A stretch of 64,000 nucleotides of DNA from an uncultured Chloroflexia bacterium (GTDB lineage: Bacteria; Chloroflexota; Limnocylindria; QHBO01): NCBI GenBank assembly GCA_963773695.1, contig CAVZCE010000004.1, forward strand, positions 391,476 to 455,475, given 5' to 3'. Within the stretch, counting starts at the first letter, position 1. Every line of letters begins with the position of its first letter. Below the pieces are notes generated by a model that saw only the letters and a program-made list of their open reading frames with translations, was not told where the DNA came from and made no database searches. This document shows positions 52,833-62,214 of the stretch, piece by piece. A program made the position numbers and the translations under genes.

Positions 52833-54185
52833 TCAGGCGGCGCCGAGCTGGCGCTGGATCTCCTCCAGGCTGCGCCCGCGCGTCTCCGGCACGCGGGTGG
52901 CGATGAAGCCGATGGCGATCACCCCGATTGCGGCATACAGCCAGAAGGCGCCGGAGCGTCCGAGGGCGGAGACGACGGTGAGGAAGGTGAACGAGACCAC
53001 GAAGTTCGTGCCCCAGTTGACGACGGATGACACGGAGTCCGAAGCGCTGCGCACGTTCAGCGGGAATATCTCGCTGATCATCAGCCAGAAGACCGGGCCC
53101 AGGCCGGCGGCGAACGAGGCGATGTAGAGGAGCAGCGCAGCGAGCGCCATCTGCGGCACGTGCTGCTGGAGCCAGTCGAAGCGGAAGAAGAGACCCAGCG
53201 CCACCAGGGCCACGACGAGGCCCGCGGTCCCGGCCAGGAGCAGCGGGCGGCGTCCGACGCGATCGAGGAGCAGCACCGCCACGACGGTGAAGACGACGTT
53301 GGTGACCCCGATGAATACGGTGTTGGTCAGGGCACTTCCGGCGCTCAGCCCGGTGAACGACAGGATCGTCGGCGCGTAGTAGATGACGGTGTTGATCCCG
53401 ACCAGCTGCTGGAAGGCAGCCAGGCCCACGCCCACGATGAGCATCGGTCGCACGGCGGGCCGGAGGAGGGCCAGGTGCCCGGCCTTCTGAGCGGCGGCCC
53501 GCTCGATCTCGCGCAGCTCGTCGTCGACGTCGTCCCTGCCATGGACCCGGCGCAGCACGTCGCGAGCCTCATCATGCCGACCCTGCTCCACGAGCCAGCG
53601 CGGGCTGGGCGGGACGAAGAGCATCCCGATCGCCAGGGCCAGTCCGGGCAGGGCGGCGAGCCCCACCATCCAGCGCCAGTTGTCGGGCACTCCCTTGAGC
53701 GCCCAGTCGCCGATGTAGGCGGCGAGGATGCCGCTCGTCAGCATCAGCTGGTTGACGCCGACCATTCCGCCGCGGATCCGGCGCGGGGCGATCTCGCTGA
53801 TGTACATCGGCGCGATGAACGACGCTGCGCCAACCGCCAGCCCCAGCACCAGCCGGGCTCCGATCAGCTCCCAGGTTCCCGGCGCCAGCGCCGAACCGAT
53901 GCCGCCGACGACGTAGACCCAGCCCGCGCCGATGAGCGTCCGGCGCCGGCCAAGCTGATCCGCCAGCCGTCCTCCGGCGAGGGCGCCGACGACGGCCCCC
54001 ACCAGCAGCGAGGCGACGATGGCCTGCTGGTCGAAGTCCGAGGTGGCGTGCAGGTCGCCCTTGATGTAGAGGAGGGCGCCGCCGATCACGCCGGTGTCAT
54101 AGCCGAAGAGGAAGCCCCCGATGGCGGCCACGGCCGCGATCCGCAGGGCAAAGGAGCTGCTGGCTCCTGACACCCGGGGAGACAC
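52833..54185 (-). CDS. MFS sugar porter (sugar:H+ symporter family)
   Basis: 450 aa with GFLFGYDTGVIGGAL, GRLADQLGRRRTL, PPSPRWL and PETRGRSLEEI. Confidence 0.9.
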   Translation of the reverse strand: MSPRVSGASSSFALRIAAVAAIGGFLFGYDTGVIGGALLYIKGDLHATSDFDQQAIVASLLVGAVVGALAGGRLADQLGRRRTLIGAGWVYVVGGIGSALAPGTWELIGARLVLGLAVGAASFIAPMYISEIAPRRIRGGMVGVNQLMLTSGILAAYIGDWALKGVPDNWRWMVGLAALPGLALAIGMLFVPPSPRWLVEQGRHDEARDVLRRVHGRDDVDDELREIERAAAQKAGHLALLRPAVRPMLIVGVGLAAFQQLVGINTVIYYAPTILSFTGLSAGSALTNTVFIGVTNVVFTVVAVLLLDRVGRRPLLLAGTAGLVVALVALGLFFRFDWLQQHVPQMALAALLLYIASFAAGLGPVFWLMISEIFPLNVRSASDSVSSVVNWGTNFVVSFTFLTVVSALGRSGAFWLYAAIGVIAIGFIATRVPETRGRSLEEIQRQLGAA

Positions 54186-54254
54186 GGCTAGCGGGCGCTC
54201 CAGCCGCCGACTGATCCGAAAGTGGAGCTGATGTTCACGAACGATCCCGGGTGT

Positions 54255-54329
54255 TGGCTGGCGCGCCAGGATTCGAACCTGGAACCCCCTGATCCAGAGT
54301 CAGGTGCTCTACCATTGAGCCACGCGCCA
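54255..54329 (-). tRNA. tRNA-Gln (anticodon CUG), 64 nt downstream of glnS
   Basis: TGGCGCG-TG-GCTCAATGGTAGAGC-A-CCTGA-CTCTGGA-TCAGG-GGGTT-CCAGG-TTCGAAT-CCTGG-CGCGCCA-G-CCA. The acceptor stem is fully paired. Confidence 0.9.
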
Positions 54330-54393
54330 GCGGCGTGCCCATCGTAGCAGAGGCTCCCAGCCTCGCCGTGCGCGGGGGCCTGCCGGCCCGGCC

Positions 54394-56116
54394 TCAGCCG
54401 CCCTGGCGGGCCTGCACCTTCGCCCAGGTGTCCTTCAGGGTAAGCGTCCGGTTGAAGACCAGCGCGCCGCGGACGCGAGTCCGGGTCCGCGCAGAAGTAG
54501 CCGAGCCGCTCGAACTGGACCGTCTCCCCCACCGGCGCGTCGGCCAAGGAAGGCTCCACGAAACCGTGGACGACGACCTCCGAGGTCGGTGAGAGATCCG
54601 TGAACAGGTCGCCATCGGCTCCGGGATCCGGCCGGGTGAAGAGGTGGTCGTACAGGCGGATCTCGGCCGGCACCGCCTGCGCGGCCGACAGCCAGTGCAG
54701 GGTTGCCTTCGGGCGGCGCCCGTCCGGCGCATCGCCGCCGCGCGTGGCCGGGTCGTACGTGCAGCGCAGCTCCACCACGTTCCCGGAAGCGTCCCTGACC
54801 ACCTCGCGGCAGGTGATGAAGTACGCGCTGCGCAGCCGAACCTCGCGACCGACGCTGAGGCGGAAGAACTTCGGCGGCGGGTCCTCGCGGAAGTCGTCGC
54901 GCTCGATGTACAGCTCCCGCGAGAACGGCACCGTCCGCGTCCCGGCCGCCTCATCCTCGGGATTGTTGATGGCCTCCAGCTCTTCGACCTGGCCCTCGGG
55001 GTAGTTCTCGATCACGACCCGCAGCGGATCCAGGATCCCGAAGCGCCGCGGGGCGATTCGGTTGAGGACGTCACGAACCGCGTGCTCGAGCATGCCGACC
55101 TCGATCACGCTGTCGTTGCGGGAGACCCCCACCTCGGTGGCGAAATTCCGGATCCCCTCCGCCGGGAAGCCGCGCCGGCGCAGGCCGCTGATGGTGGGCA
55201 TCCGCGGGTCGTCCCAGCCGCGCACCTGACCCTCCGTGACCAGGCGCAGGAGCACCCGCTTGGAGAGCACGGTGTAGGTCAGGTTCAGCCGGGCGAACTC
55301 GTACTGGTGCGGATGTGACGGCACCGGCAGGTTCTCGATCAGCCAGTCGTACAGCGGCCGGTGGCCCTCGAACTCCAGGGTGCAGATCGAATGGGTCACG
55401 CCCTCGATGGCATCGGACTGGCCGTGCGCGAAGTCGTACGTCGGGTAGACGCACCACGCATCGCCGGTGCGCGGGTGCGCGGCGTGCACGATCCGGTACA
55501 GGACCGGGTCGCGCAGGGCGAGGTTGGGCGAAGCCATGTCGATCTTCGCGCGCAGGACGCGCGCGCCGTTCGGGAACTCGCCCGCGCGCATCCGCTCGAG
55601 GAGGTCCAGGTTCTCCTCCATGGGCCGATCCCGCCATGGGCTGACCCGCCCCGGCTCGGTCAGCGTGCCGCGGTGCTCGCGGATCTCATCGGCCGAGAGG
55701 TCGTCGACGTACGCCCTGCCGGCACGCACCAGGTCGAGCGCCCACTCGTAGAGCTGGCCGAAGTAGTCCGAGGCATGGTGCAGGTGCGGTCCCCAGTCGA
55801 AGCCCAGCCAGCGGACATCGGCCTCGATGGCGTCGATGTACTCCTGCTCCTCCCTGGCCGGGTTCGTGTCGTCGAAGCGGAGGTTGCAGCGGCCTCCGAA
55901 CTCCGCGGCGATGCCGAAGTTCAGGCAGATCGACTTTGCATGACCGATGTGGAGGTAGCCGTTGGGCTCGGGCGGAAAACGGGTCACCACCTCCGACCGC
56001 CGGCCCTCCCGCAGGTCGGCGGCCACGATGTCGCGGATGAAGTCGCTCCGCTCCGGCGGCGACTGGGTCTCGATGCTCACGGGCGCAAGGATACCGGTGA
56101 GTCGCCGACTGGTCAT
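54394..56116 (-). CDS. glnS: glutaminyl-tRNA synthetase, one apparent frameshift near 54468-54472
   Basis: Motifs present: [16 protein letters not shown] (HIGH), RFDDTNP, ...[17 protein letters not shown]. The canonical C-terminus [24 protein letters not shown]-stop is in the neighbouring frame (track ORF 54394..54954). The as-written frame reads through the tRNA gene, which is implausible. Confidence 0.85.
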
Positions 56117-56127
56117 TGCCGCAATCG

Positions 56128-56296
56128 GTCCTCGACTCGCCAGGTGCTGATCACAACAGCGTTAGTCGACTCGAGGGCGCCTCCGTGGCCGGCGCTCCCC
56201 GCTCCGTGAGCGTGAATCCAGCCCCGGGTCGCGCTTGACCGGTTTCCTGACCTGTTTAACGCTGATCACACGCGCAGCTGACAACTCGCGAACGGG
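56128..56296. repeat. diverged third copy of the about 170-nt A-B intergenic element
   Basis: Head CTCGACTCGCCAGGTGCTGATCACAACAGC (56131-56160) versus A head CTCCGACTCGTCACCTGCGGATCACCGCAGC. Tail TTAACGCTGATCACACGCGCAGCTGACAACTCGCGAACGGG (56256-56296) versus B TTAGCGCTGATCACGTCCGCGCCTGACGAGTCGCAGGGGG. Orientation and overall length are the same. Confidence 0.55.
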
Positions 56297-56365
56297 CACG
56301 CGAGGTACCCACGGCACTCGCGCACAGCGGTCTCGGCGCTCAACGAGCAGGGCTGTCCGCAGCGA

Positions 56366-56845
56366 CTACTCGGCGAGGTCGTCCAGCAGGAGCTGCGCCT
56401 GGAAGAGATTGATCCCGCTCGAGACGAGGTCGATCAGCCCCTGGGCCATGCGCTCCTCCTCCACCTGCTCGTCGATGAACCAGGAGAGGAACTCGTAGCT
56501 GGTGTGGTCGCCGTTCGAGAGGGCCGTCGCCGCCATGGCACGGAACCGCTCGCTGACCTTCTGTTCGGCGTCGAGCGTCGCCTGCGTGGCGGCCAGCGCC
56601 GACTCGTAGGAGGTGGTCGCCCCCTTCAGCGCCGGGAGATCGAACTCCACGTCGTTGTCGACGAGGAATCCCATGATCTTCGCGGCGTGCTGCGCCTCTT
56701 CCACGGCCTGGTCCCGGAACAGCTTTGCCCACCGGTTCAGGCTCTGGCGCTCGAAGTAGATCGAGACTCCCATGTAGGTCTGGTGCGCGCCCAGCTCCCA
56801 GCCGATCTGGTCGACGAGCTGCGTGGCGACATCCTTGTTGATCAT
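56366..56845 (-). CDS. ferritin (Ftn-type, non-heme)
   Basis: 159-aa four-helix-bundle pattern: ELGAHQTYMGVSIYFE...EEAQHAAKIMGFL...AEQKVSERF...SWFIDEQVEEE. Confidence 0.85.
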   Translation of the reverse strand: MINKDVATQLVDQIGWELGAHQTYMGVSIYFERQSLNRWAKLFRDQAVEEAQHAAKIMGFLVDNDVEFDLPALKGATTSYESALAATQATLDAEQKVSERFRAMAATALSNGDHTSYEFLSWFIDEQVEEERMAQGLIDLVSSGINLFQAQLLLDDLAE

Positions 56846-57117
56846 CGGTTCCTCCGTTCGCCCGTTCAGGGCGGCTCAAGGATACCGTCGGGCCCCGAAA
56901 CGGGTTGACGCCGGCGGGGGAACGGGCGAAGACTGCACCCGCGCCCCCCGAACGGACGCAGAGGAGGGATCGAGATGGCCGCAAGCCCCCACCGAGCCGG
57001 GCGCCTCGCCCGGCACCCCGGGGCCACCGCTGCCGTGATGGTCATCTGTCGACGTCGCGTTCGTCTCCTCCGGCATCGGGGTATGCCTGCCGCCGCCGAG
57101 AAGGTAGGGTGTCGCGC

Positions 57118-57946
57118 ATGCAGGTCGGCGTGGTCCTCCCCGGCGGAACGGCGGAGGAGCAGCTGGAGCAGGCAATGCTCGCCGAAGAGGCCGGGTGGGA
57201 CGGCGTCTTCGTCTGGGAGGCCGGGTATGGCGTGGATGCCTGGACGCTGCTGGGTGCCATGGCGGCCCGGACCCGCCGAGTGAAGCTTGGCACGCTGCTC
57301 TCGCCGCTCCCCTGGCGGCGACCGTGGAAGCTCGCCAGCCAGGTGGCGACCCTCGATCAGCTGTCGAACGGTCGTGCCATCCTGACGGTCGGCCTCGGCG
57401 CGGTGACCGACGACCTGCCGCTGACCGGGGAGGTGACGGGCGTGCGGGCGCGCGCCGATCTCCTGGACGAGGGGATCGACCTGCTTCGCGAGCTCTGGCA
57501 GGGCCGACGCTCGCACCACGGAGCGGCGTACGAGTTCGAGCTGACCATGGAGGATCAGATGGTCGTGGGTCGTCCTGTCCAGGAGCGCGTCCCGATCTGG
57601 GTGGTCGGCGTCTGGCCGCGACCGAAGTCGATGCACCGGGTCCTGCGCTGCGATGGGGTCGTTCCCCAGTTCGATGGCGAGGAGAGCCCCGAGCAGGTTC
57701 GCGCGGTCCGGGAGTGGCTCAGCGCCCAGGGCGCGAAGCCCGGGGCTCGACATCGTGGTCCAGGGCGAGACCGCCGCAAAGGATCCGGCGGCTCCGGCCC
57801 GCCTCGCCGAGTGGGCCGATGCCGGCTGCACCTGGTGGCTCGAGACGCTCTGGGAGATGCCGCACCACGGCGATGAGCGCATGGCCCAGGTACGCCGGCG
57901 CCTGGAAGCCGGCCCGCCGCGCCCGCTTCGGTCGCCATCGGTCTAG
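57118..57946 (+). CDS. luciferase-like (LLM, probably F420-dependent) oxidoreductase, one apparent frameshift in the G-run at 57742-57745
   Basis: MQVGVVLPGG...AEEAGWDGVFVWE...LGTLLSPLPWRRPWKLASQVATLDQLSNGRAILTVGLG. The expected tail PGLDIVVQGET...LAEWADAGCTWWLE is in track ORF 57653..57946. Confidence 0.75.
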
Positions 57947-58087
57947 CTCGATCCGAAGTGATTCGGCTGCTCGGCACCGGGCCGTCCGATCCGCAGCCAC
58001 CCGATTCCCTGGCTCCGCTAGGATCGGATCGAGCATGACCGAGCCGTCAGAGCCGCCCGCCGCGTCGAGAGCGGCCGCCCCGCGCGA

Positions 58088-59291
58088 ATGAGCAAGATCG
58101 CGGAGGCGGGGTCGCCATCGGCCCGTTCGCGGGCGCTGAAGTTCGTGGTCCTCGTGGGGGTGATGAGCCTCTTCGCGGACTTCACCTACGAGGGGATGCG
58201 CTCCATCGCCGGACCGTACCTGGCGCTGCTTGGTGCCAGCGCGACGGCGGTGGGCGTGGTCAGCGGCCTGGGGGAGATGCTCGGCTACGGGCTGCGCGTC
58301 GTCTCCGGGCGCCTCAGTGACCGGACCCGCCAGTTCTGGCCCATCACCATCGTCGGCTACATCGTGCAGATGGTGGCCGTGCCCGCCCTGGCCCTGGCCG
58401 GCAGCTGGCCGATGGCGGCCGCCCTGATCGTCCTGGAGCGGGTCGGCAAGGCCACGCGCAACCCCCCGCGCGACGTGATGCTCTCCCACGCCGCCAGCGA
58501 GATGGGCTATGGCTGGGCGTTCGGCCTCCACGAAGGGCTCGACCAGCTGGGGGCGCTGCCTGGGCCCGCTGGTGATCGCCGCCATCCTGGCCCTGCGCGG
58601 CGACTACGTCACGGCGCTCGCCTGGCTGGCCGTGCCGGCCCTCATCACGCTGGGGATCCTGGCTGCAGCGCGGTTCCTCTACCCGCGCCCGGAGGAGATG
58701 GAGACGAACCCGCCGGACATCCGGGCGGAGGGGATGCCGCGCGCCTTCTGGATCTACCTCGCCGCCGCGGCAGTGGTGGCGGCCGGATTCGCGGACTTTC
58801 CGCTCATCGCCTTTCACCTCCAGGTCGGGTCGGTCGTCTCCCCCGAGATCGTCCCCATCCTGTATGCCCTGGCCATGGGAGTCTCCGGTCTTGGCTCCCT
58901 GGTCTTCGGACGCCTCTTCGACCGGGTCGGGTTCCGGATCCTGGTCCCCCTGACCCTGGTCTCCGCGGCGTTCGCCCCGCTGGCCTTCTCCGACACCGGC
59001 TGGCTGGTGGCGCTGGGGATGGTCCTCTGGGGCCTGGGGATGGGCGTCCACGAGTCGATCATCCCGGCTGCCGTGGCGCTCATGGTCCCTGCGGCCCGGC
59101 GGGCGTCCGCCTACGGGCTCTTCACCGCCGGCTACGGGATCGCGTGGTTCGCCGGGAGCGCCCTGATGGGCATCCTCTACGACGTGGCCTTCCCCGCGCT
59201 GATCATCTTCTCCGTGGTGGCGGAGCTGGCCGCGATCCCCCTCCTTCTCGCCGTCCGTCGCTCCGCTCGCCACGAGACCGCCCTGCGCTAG
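58088..59291 (+). CDS. MFS transporter, one apparent frameshift near 58550-58560
   Basis: The N-terminal half ...FADFTYEGMRSIAGPYLALLGAS...VLERVGKATRNPPRDVMLS...GLHEGLDQLGA is in ORF 58088... The continuation LGPLVIAAILAL... through to the C-terminus is in ORF 58509..59291. Confidence 0.75.
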
Positions 59292-59398
59292 GCGGACGGA
59301 CACGGCGTGCCGTCCCGGACCCGTGAGTCCGTGTGGGAATCACAGGACGCGCCCCCTGGGGCCTCGTAACGTGGTTGAGTCCTGGTGCGATTCACCGG

Positions 59399-59483
59399 GC
59401 GCGGATTCGTTGCCGCACGCGCCCTATCAGCCCTTATGCGAATCATCCGACGCGGCCGGACGCGCCGCCGGACGAATCCGCGC
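59399..59483. repeat. 12-bp perfect inverted repeat GCGCGGATTCGT ... ACGAATCCGCGC (61-nt spacer)
   Basis: The arms are at 59399-59410 and 59472-59483, in the 400-nt gap between the MFS gene and the next ORF. Confidence 0.4.
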
Positions 59484-59699
59484 TGATGTAGTCCCCTGCC
59501 GCATCAAGCGGGGAGCCGTCGCGTCCTCGAGGGTGGCACGAACCAGGACCGAGGAGCGAGCCGGGGACGCCGGAGTCTCGATGGGCAGGCAAGCCCCCAC
59601 ACACTTGACCGACGGCGGTGCCCCATTGCATGCTCGCGCCGGCGATGGCGTCCGCCGTGGCGCGGTCAGAGACCGCGCCTGAACCGCTCGATCGAGCTG

Positions 59700-61133
59700 A
59701 TGGCTCCTCCTGCAGCTGCAGACGGGAGCCATCGTGGTACCGACCCCATGAACACGACGCGCATCTGGGTCAAGATCGAGGAGGCGGCCGGGCCGGGGCT
59801 CGAGCTGGCCGTGGACCGAGCTCGCCCCGGACCCGTGGTGACCGGCGTCCGGCAGGGTGGGAGCTTCCTGGGCATGGACCGGGGAGCCGTCTTCGAGACC
59901 GATACCGGCGCCGGCTCCCCGCTGCCGGCCGTGGTTGCCCTGCCAGCCTCGTCGGCTGCCGGCTGCTGGGTGGAGGCCGAGCCCTGTGACCTCCTGACCG
60001 ATGGCGACCGAGCGGTGATCGTCGCCACCCTGCCCGGCCACCCGCTGCCGTCCCCGCCGCTGGTCCGGGTTGCGGCGCGGATGCCGGAGGGGACCTTCGG
60101 CGGACGGGCGACGGCGCTGGGGGCCATCGACCGCGCCAACGAGCAGTTCCGCCGACGCCGGGCGGCCGGGCGGCGCCCCGCCCGCCCGGCCTGGCTTCCC
60201 GTGGACGTGGAGACGCGCCAGGTGGTGGGCGCATCCATCGCTTCGGCGGCGGAGCGCGATCTGACCCGCCTCCCCCAGCGATTCGTGCGCGGCCTCACCG
60301 GCCTCCTCGACCCGGACGAGCGCATCCTGGCCTCCATCGAGCGGCCGCCGGAGGCCCCGGGCGGCCTGCTCTCCTGGCGGCGGGCGCGCGACAGGCGAGC
60401 GGCGCTGCTCCTCCTCACCGATCGCGAGGTCCTCTGGCTCGTCGACCACGTCCCGCCCGGCCGCTACCTCCTGGACTGGGGAGTGGACGCGGAGCTCCTG
60501 CCGATCGAGCGGCTCCGCGACCTCCGGCTGCGGTTCGACAGGAACGACCGGCGGCCGTCCGGCCTGGTCGTGCGCACCGATGCCGGCGAGGCCGCGTTCC
60601 CGCTGCCGCCCGACCTGGAGCCGGAGGCGCGCTCCATGGCGGAGGTGATGGCGAGGTTCATCCCCAACGGCCACGACCGTGCCGTGCTGCGCCGCTACAC
60701 GGTGAAGCCGGCCGGTTTCGACCCGGAGCCTGCGCAGCGCTTCGGCCAGGGCGATGAGGCGGCAGCGCGCGTGGCCGCTCTGGTCACCATTGCCGGGGAG
60801 CAGCCCCTCGCCGCCTTCTACGCCCCGCGGCGCGAGCGTGTGAAACGGTCCGTGGCGGCCATCGTGACTACGAACGAGATCCTGCTGGATGCCGGCAGCG
60901 ACCCCGTCCGCGTGAACCTGCAGGCCCTCCGCGTCATGAGCCTCGCCCTCTCCCCGCTCATCGGTCGCATCGAGCTGCACGGCGCGAGCGGGAGACCGCA
61001 GGGCCTCACCTACCCGGCGCCGCTCTCCGAGGGCGCGACCGCGTTCATCCGGGCCTGCCGCAGGGCCTGGGCGAACGCCGGATCGGCGGCCGGCGGGAGT
61101 GGCGGCATCGGGCTGAAAGCAGGCGTGGGATGA
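59700..61133 (+). CDS. hypothetical protein; degenerate pyrophosphatase-like N-domain plus PH-like C-terminal segments (tentative)
   Basis: 477-aa ORF (alternative ATG at 59748). Composition is normal for the genome. VKIEE...DTGAGSPLPAVVAL...DGDRAVIVA loosely recalls the family I PPase fold with its Asp residues replaced. LDPDERILASIE...LLLLTDREVLWLVDH is bPH-like. Confidence 0.5.
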   Translation: MAPPAAADGSHRGTDPMNTTRIWVKIEEAAGPGLELAVDRARPGPVVTGVRQGGSFLGMDRGAVFETDTGAGSPLPAVVALPASSAAGCWVEAEPCDLLTDGDRAVIVATLPGHPLPSPPLVRVAARMPEGTFGGRATALGAIDRANEQFRRRRAAGRRPARPAWLPVDVETRQVVGASIASAAERDLTRLPQRFVRGLTGLLDPDERILASIERPPEAPGGLLSWRRARDRRAALLLLTDREVLWLVDHVPPGRYLLDWGVDAELLPIERLRDLRLRFDRNDRRPSGLVVRTDAGEAAFPLPPDLEPEARSMAEVMARFIPNGHDRAVLRRYTVKPAGFDPEPAQRFGQGDEAAARVAALVTIAGEQPLAAFYAPRRERVKRSVAAIVTTNEILLDAGSDPVRVNLQALRVMSLALSPLIGRIELHGASGRPQGLTYPAPLSEGATAFIRACRRAWANAGSAAGGSGGIGLKAGVG

Positions 61134-61188
61134 TCCAGCCGGCGGCTCGCGCGGTATCAGTGGATGACGGTGGCGATCGGCGCCATCG

Positions 61189-62214
61189 GTGAATCGGGAA
61201 GAGGGAGGTCAGCCCGTGGCAGACGCATCCACGAGGGCTCGGCACGCGGACGGCAGGCAGTTCTGGACGGCGCTTCGCGAAGCCGTGGGCAAGGCGGTGG
61301 TGGTCGACGACGAGCCCCTGCGCCTGGTGGCCGCGGCGCTGCTCGCCAACGGGCACGTGCTGGTCGAGGACGTTCCCGGTGTCGGAAAGACGCTGCTGAC
61401 CCGCGCCGTGAGCCGTGCCCTGGGCCTGGGCTTCACGCGCGTCCAGGGCACGCCGGACCTCCTCCCGAGCGACGTCCTGGGCGCCAGCCTGCTGGAGGGC
61501 GACCACTTCCGGTTCGTGCCGGGGCCGGTGTTCACCAACATCCTGCTCGTGGACGAGATCAACCGGGCCACGCCGCGCACCCAGTCGGCCCTCCTGGAGG
61601 CCATGGAGGAACACCAGGTCTCGATCGAGGGGGAGACGCGACCGCTTCCGGACCCGTTCCTCGTCCTGGCCACCCAGAACCCGATCGAGCTGGAGGGCAC
61701 CTTCGCGCTTCCCGAAGCGCAGCTCGACCGCTTCATGGTGCGGATCTTCCTGGGGTACCCGGGGCGCGCTGACGAGCGTCGCATCGCGAGCCGCTACCAG
61801 GCCTCGGCCGAGCCGCTCGACGCGGTCCCGGCAGTCGTGGAGGCCTCCGTCCTGCTGCAGATGCGCGACACCGTCCGCCGGATCGCGGTGGCCGGGCCGG
61901 TGGAGGACTACGTCGTGGGCCTGGTCCAGGCCACCCGCGACCGCGCCGAGCTGCGACTGGGGGCCAGCCCTCGAGCCAGCGTGGCGCTGTACCGGACCGC
62001 CCAGGCGGAGGCGTTCCTGGCCGGGCGGGACTTCGTCCTGCCCGACGACGTCCAGCTCGTGGCTCCCTCGGTCCTCGGCCACCGCGTGCTCCTTGACCTG
62101 GATCGACAGCTGCGCGGCATGCACCCTGAGGAGGTGATCGAGGAGCTGCTGGCCAGCGTGCCGGTGCCGCCCTCGCCGGAGCGCGAGGCCGCGGAGGTCG
62201 GAGCCGAGCCGTGA
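61189..62214 (+). CDS. MoxR-family AAA+ ATPase (start possibly GTG 61216, after GAGGGAGG)
   Basis: Walker A VPGVGKT and Walker B LLVDEINRA, plus LEAMEEHQVS and the sensor LATQNPIE..GT..LPEAQLDRF. Confidence 0.9.
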   Translation: MNREEGGQPVADASTRARHADGRQFWTALREAVGKAVVVDDEPLRLVAAALLANGHVLVEDVPGVGKTLLTRAVSRALGLGFTRVQGTPDLLPSDVLGASLLEGDHFRFVPGPVFTNILLVDEINRATPRTQSALLEAMEEHQVSIEGETRPLPDPFLVLATQNPIELEGTFALPEAQLDRFMVRIFLGYPGRADERRIASRYQASAEPLDAVPAVVEASVLLQMRDTVRRIAVAGPVEDYVVGLVQATRDRAELRLGASPRASVALYRTAQAEAFLAGRDFVLPDDVQLVAPSVLGHRVLLDLDRQLRGMHPEEVIEELLASVPVPPSPEREAAEVGAEP

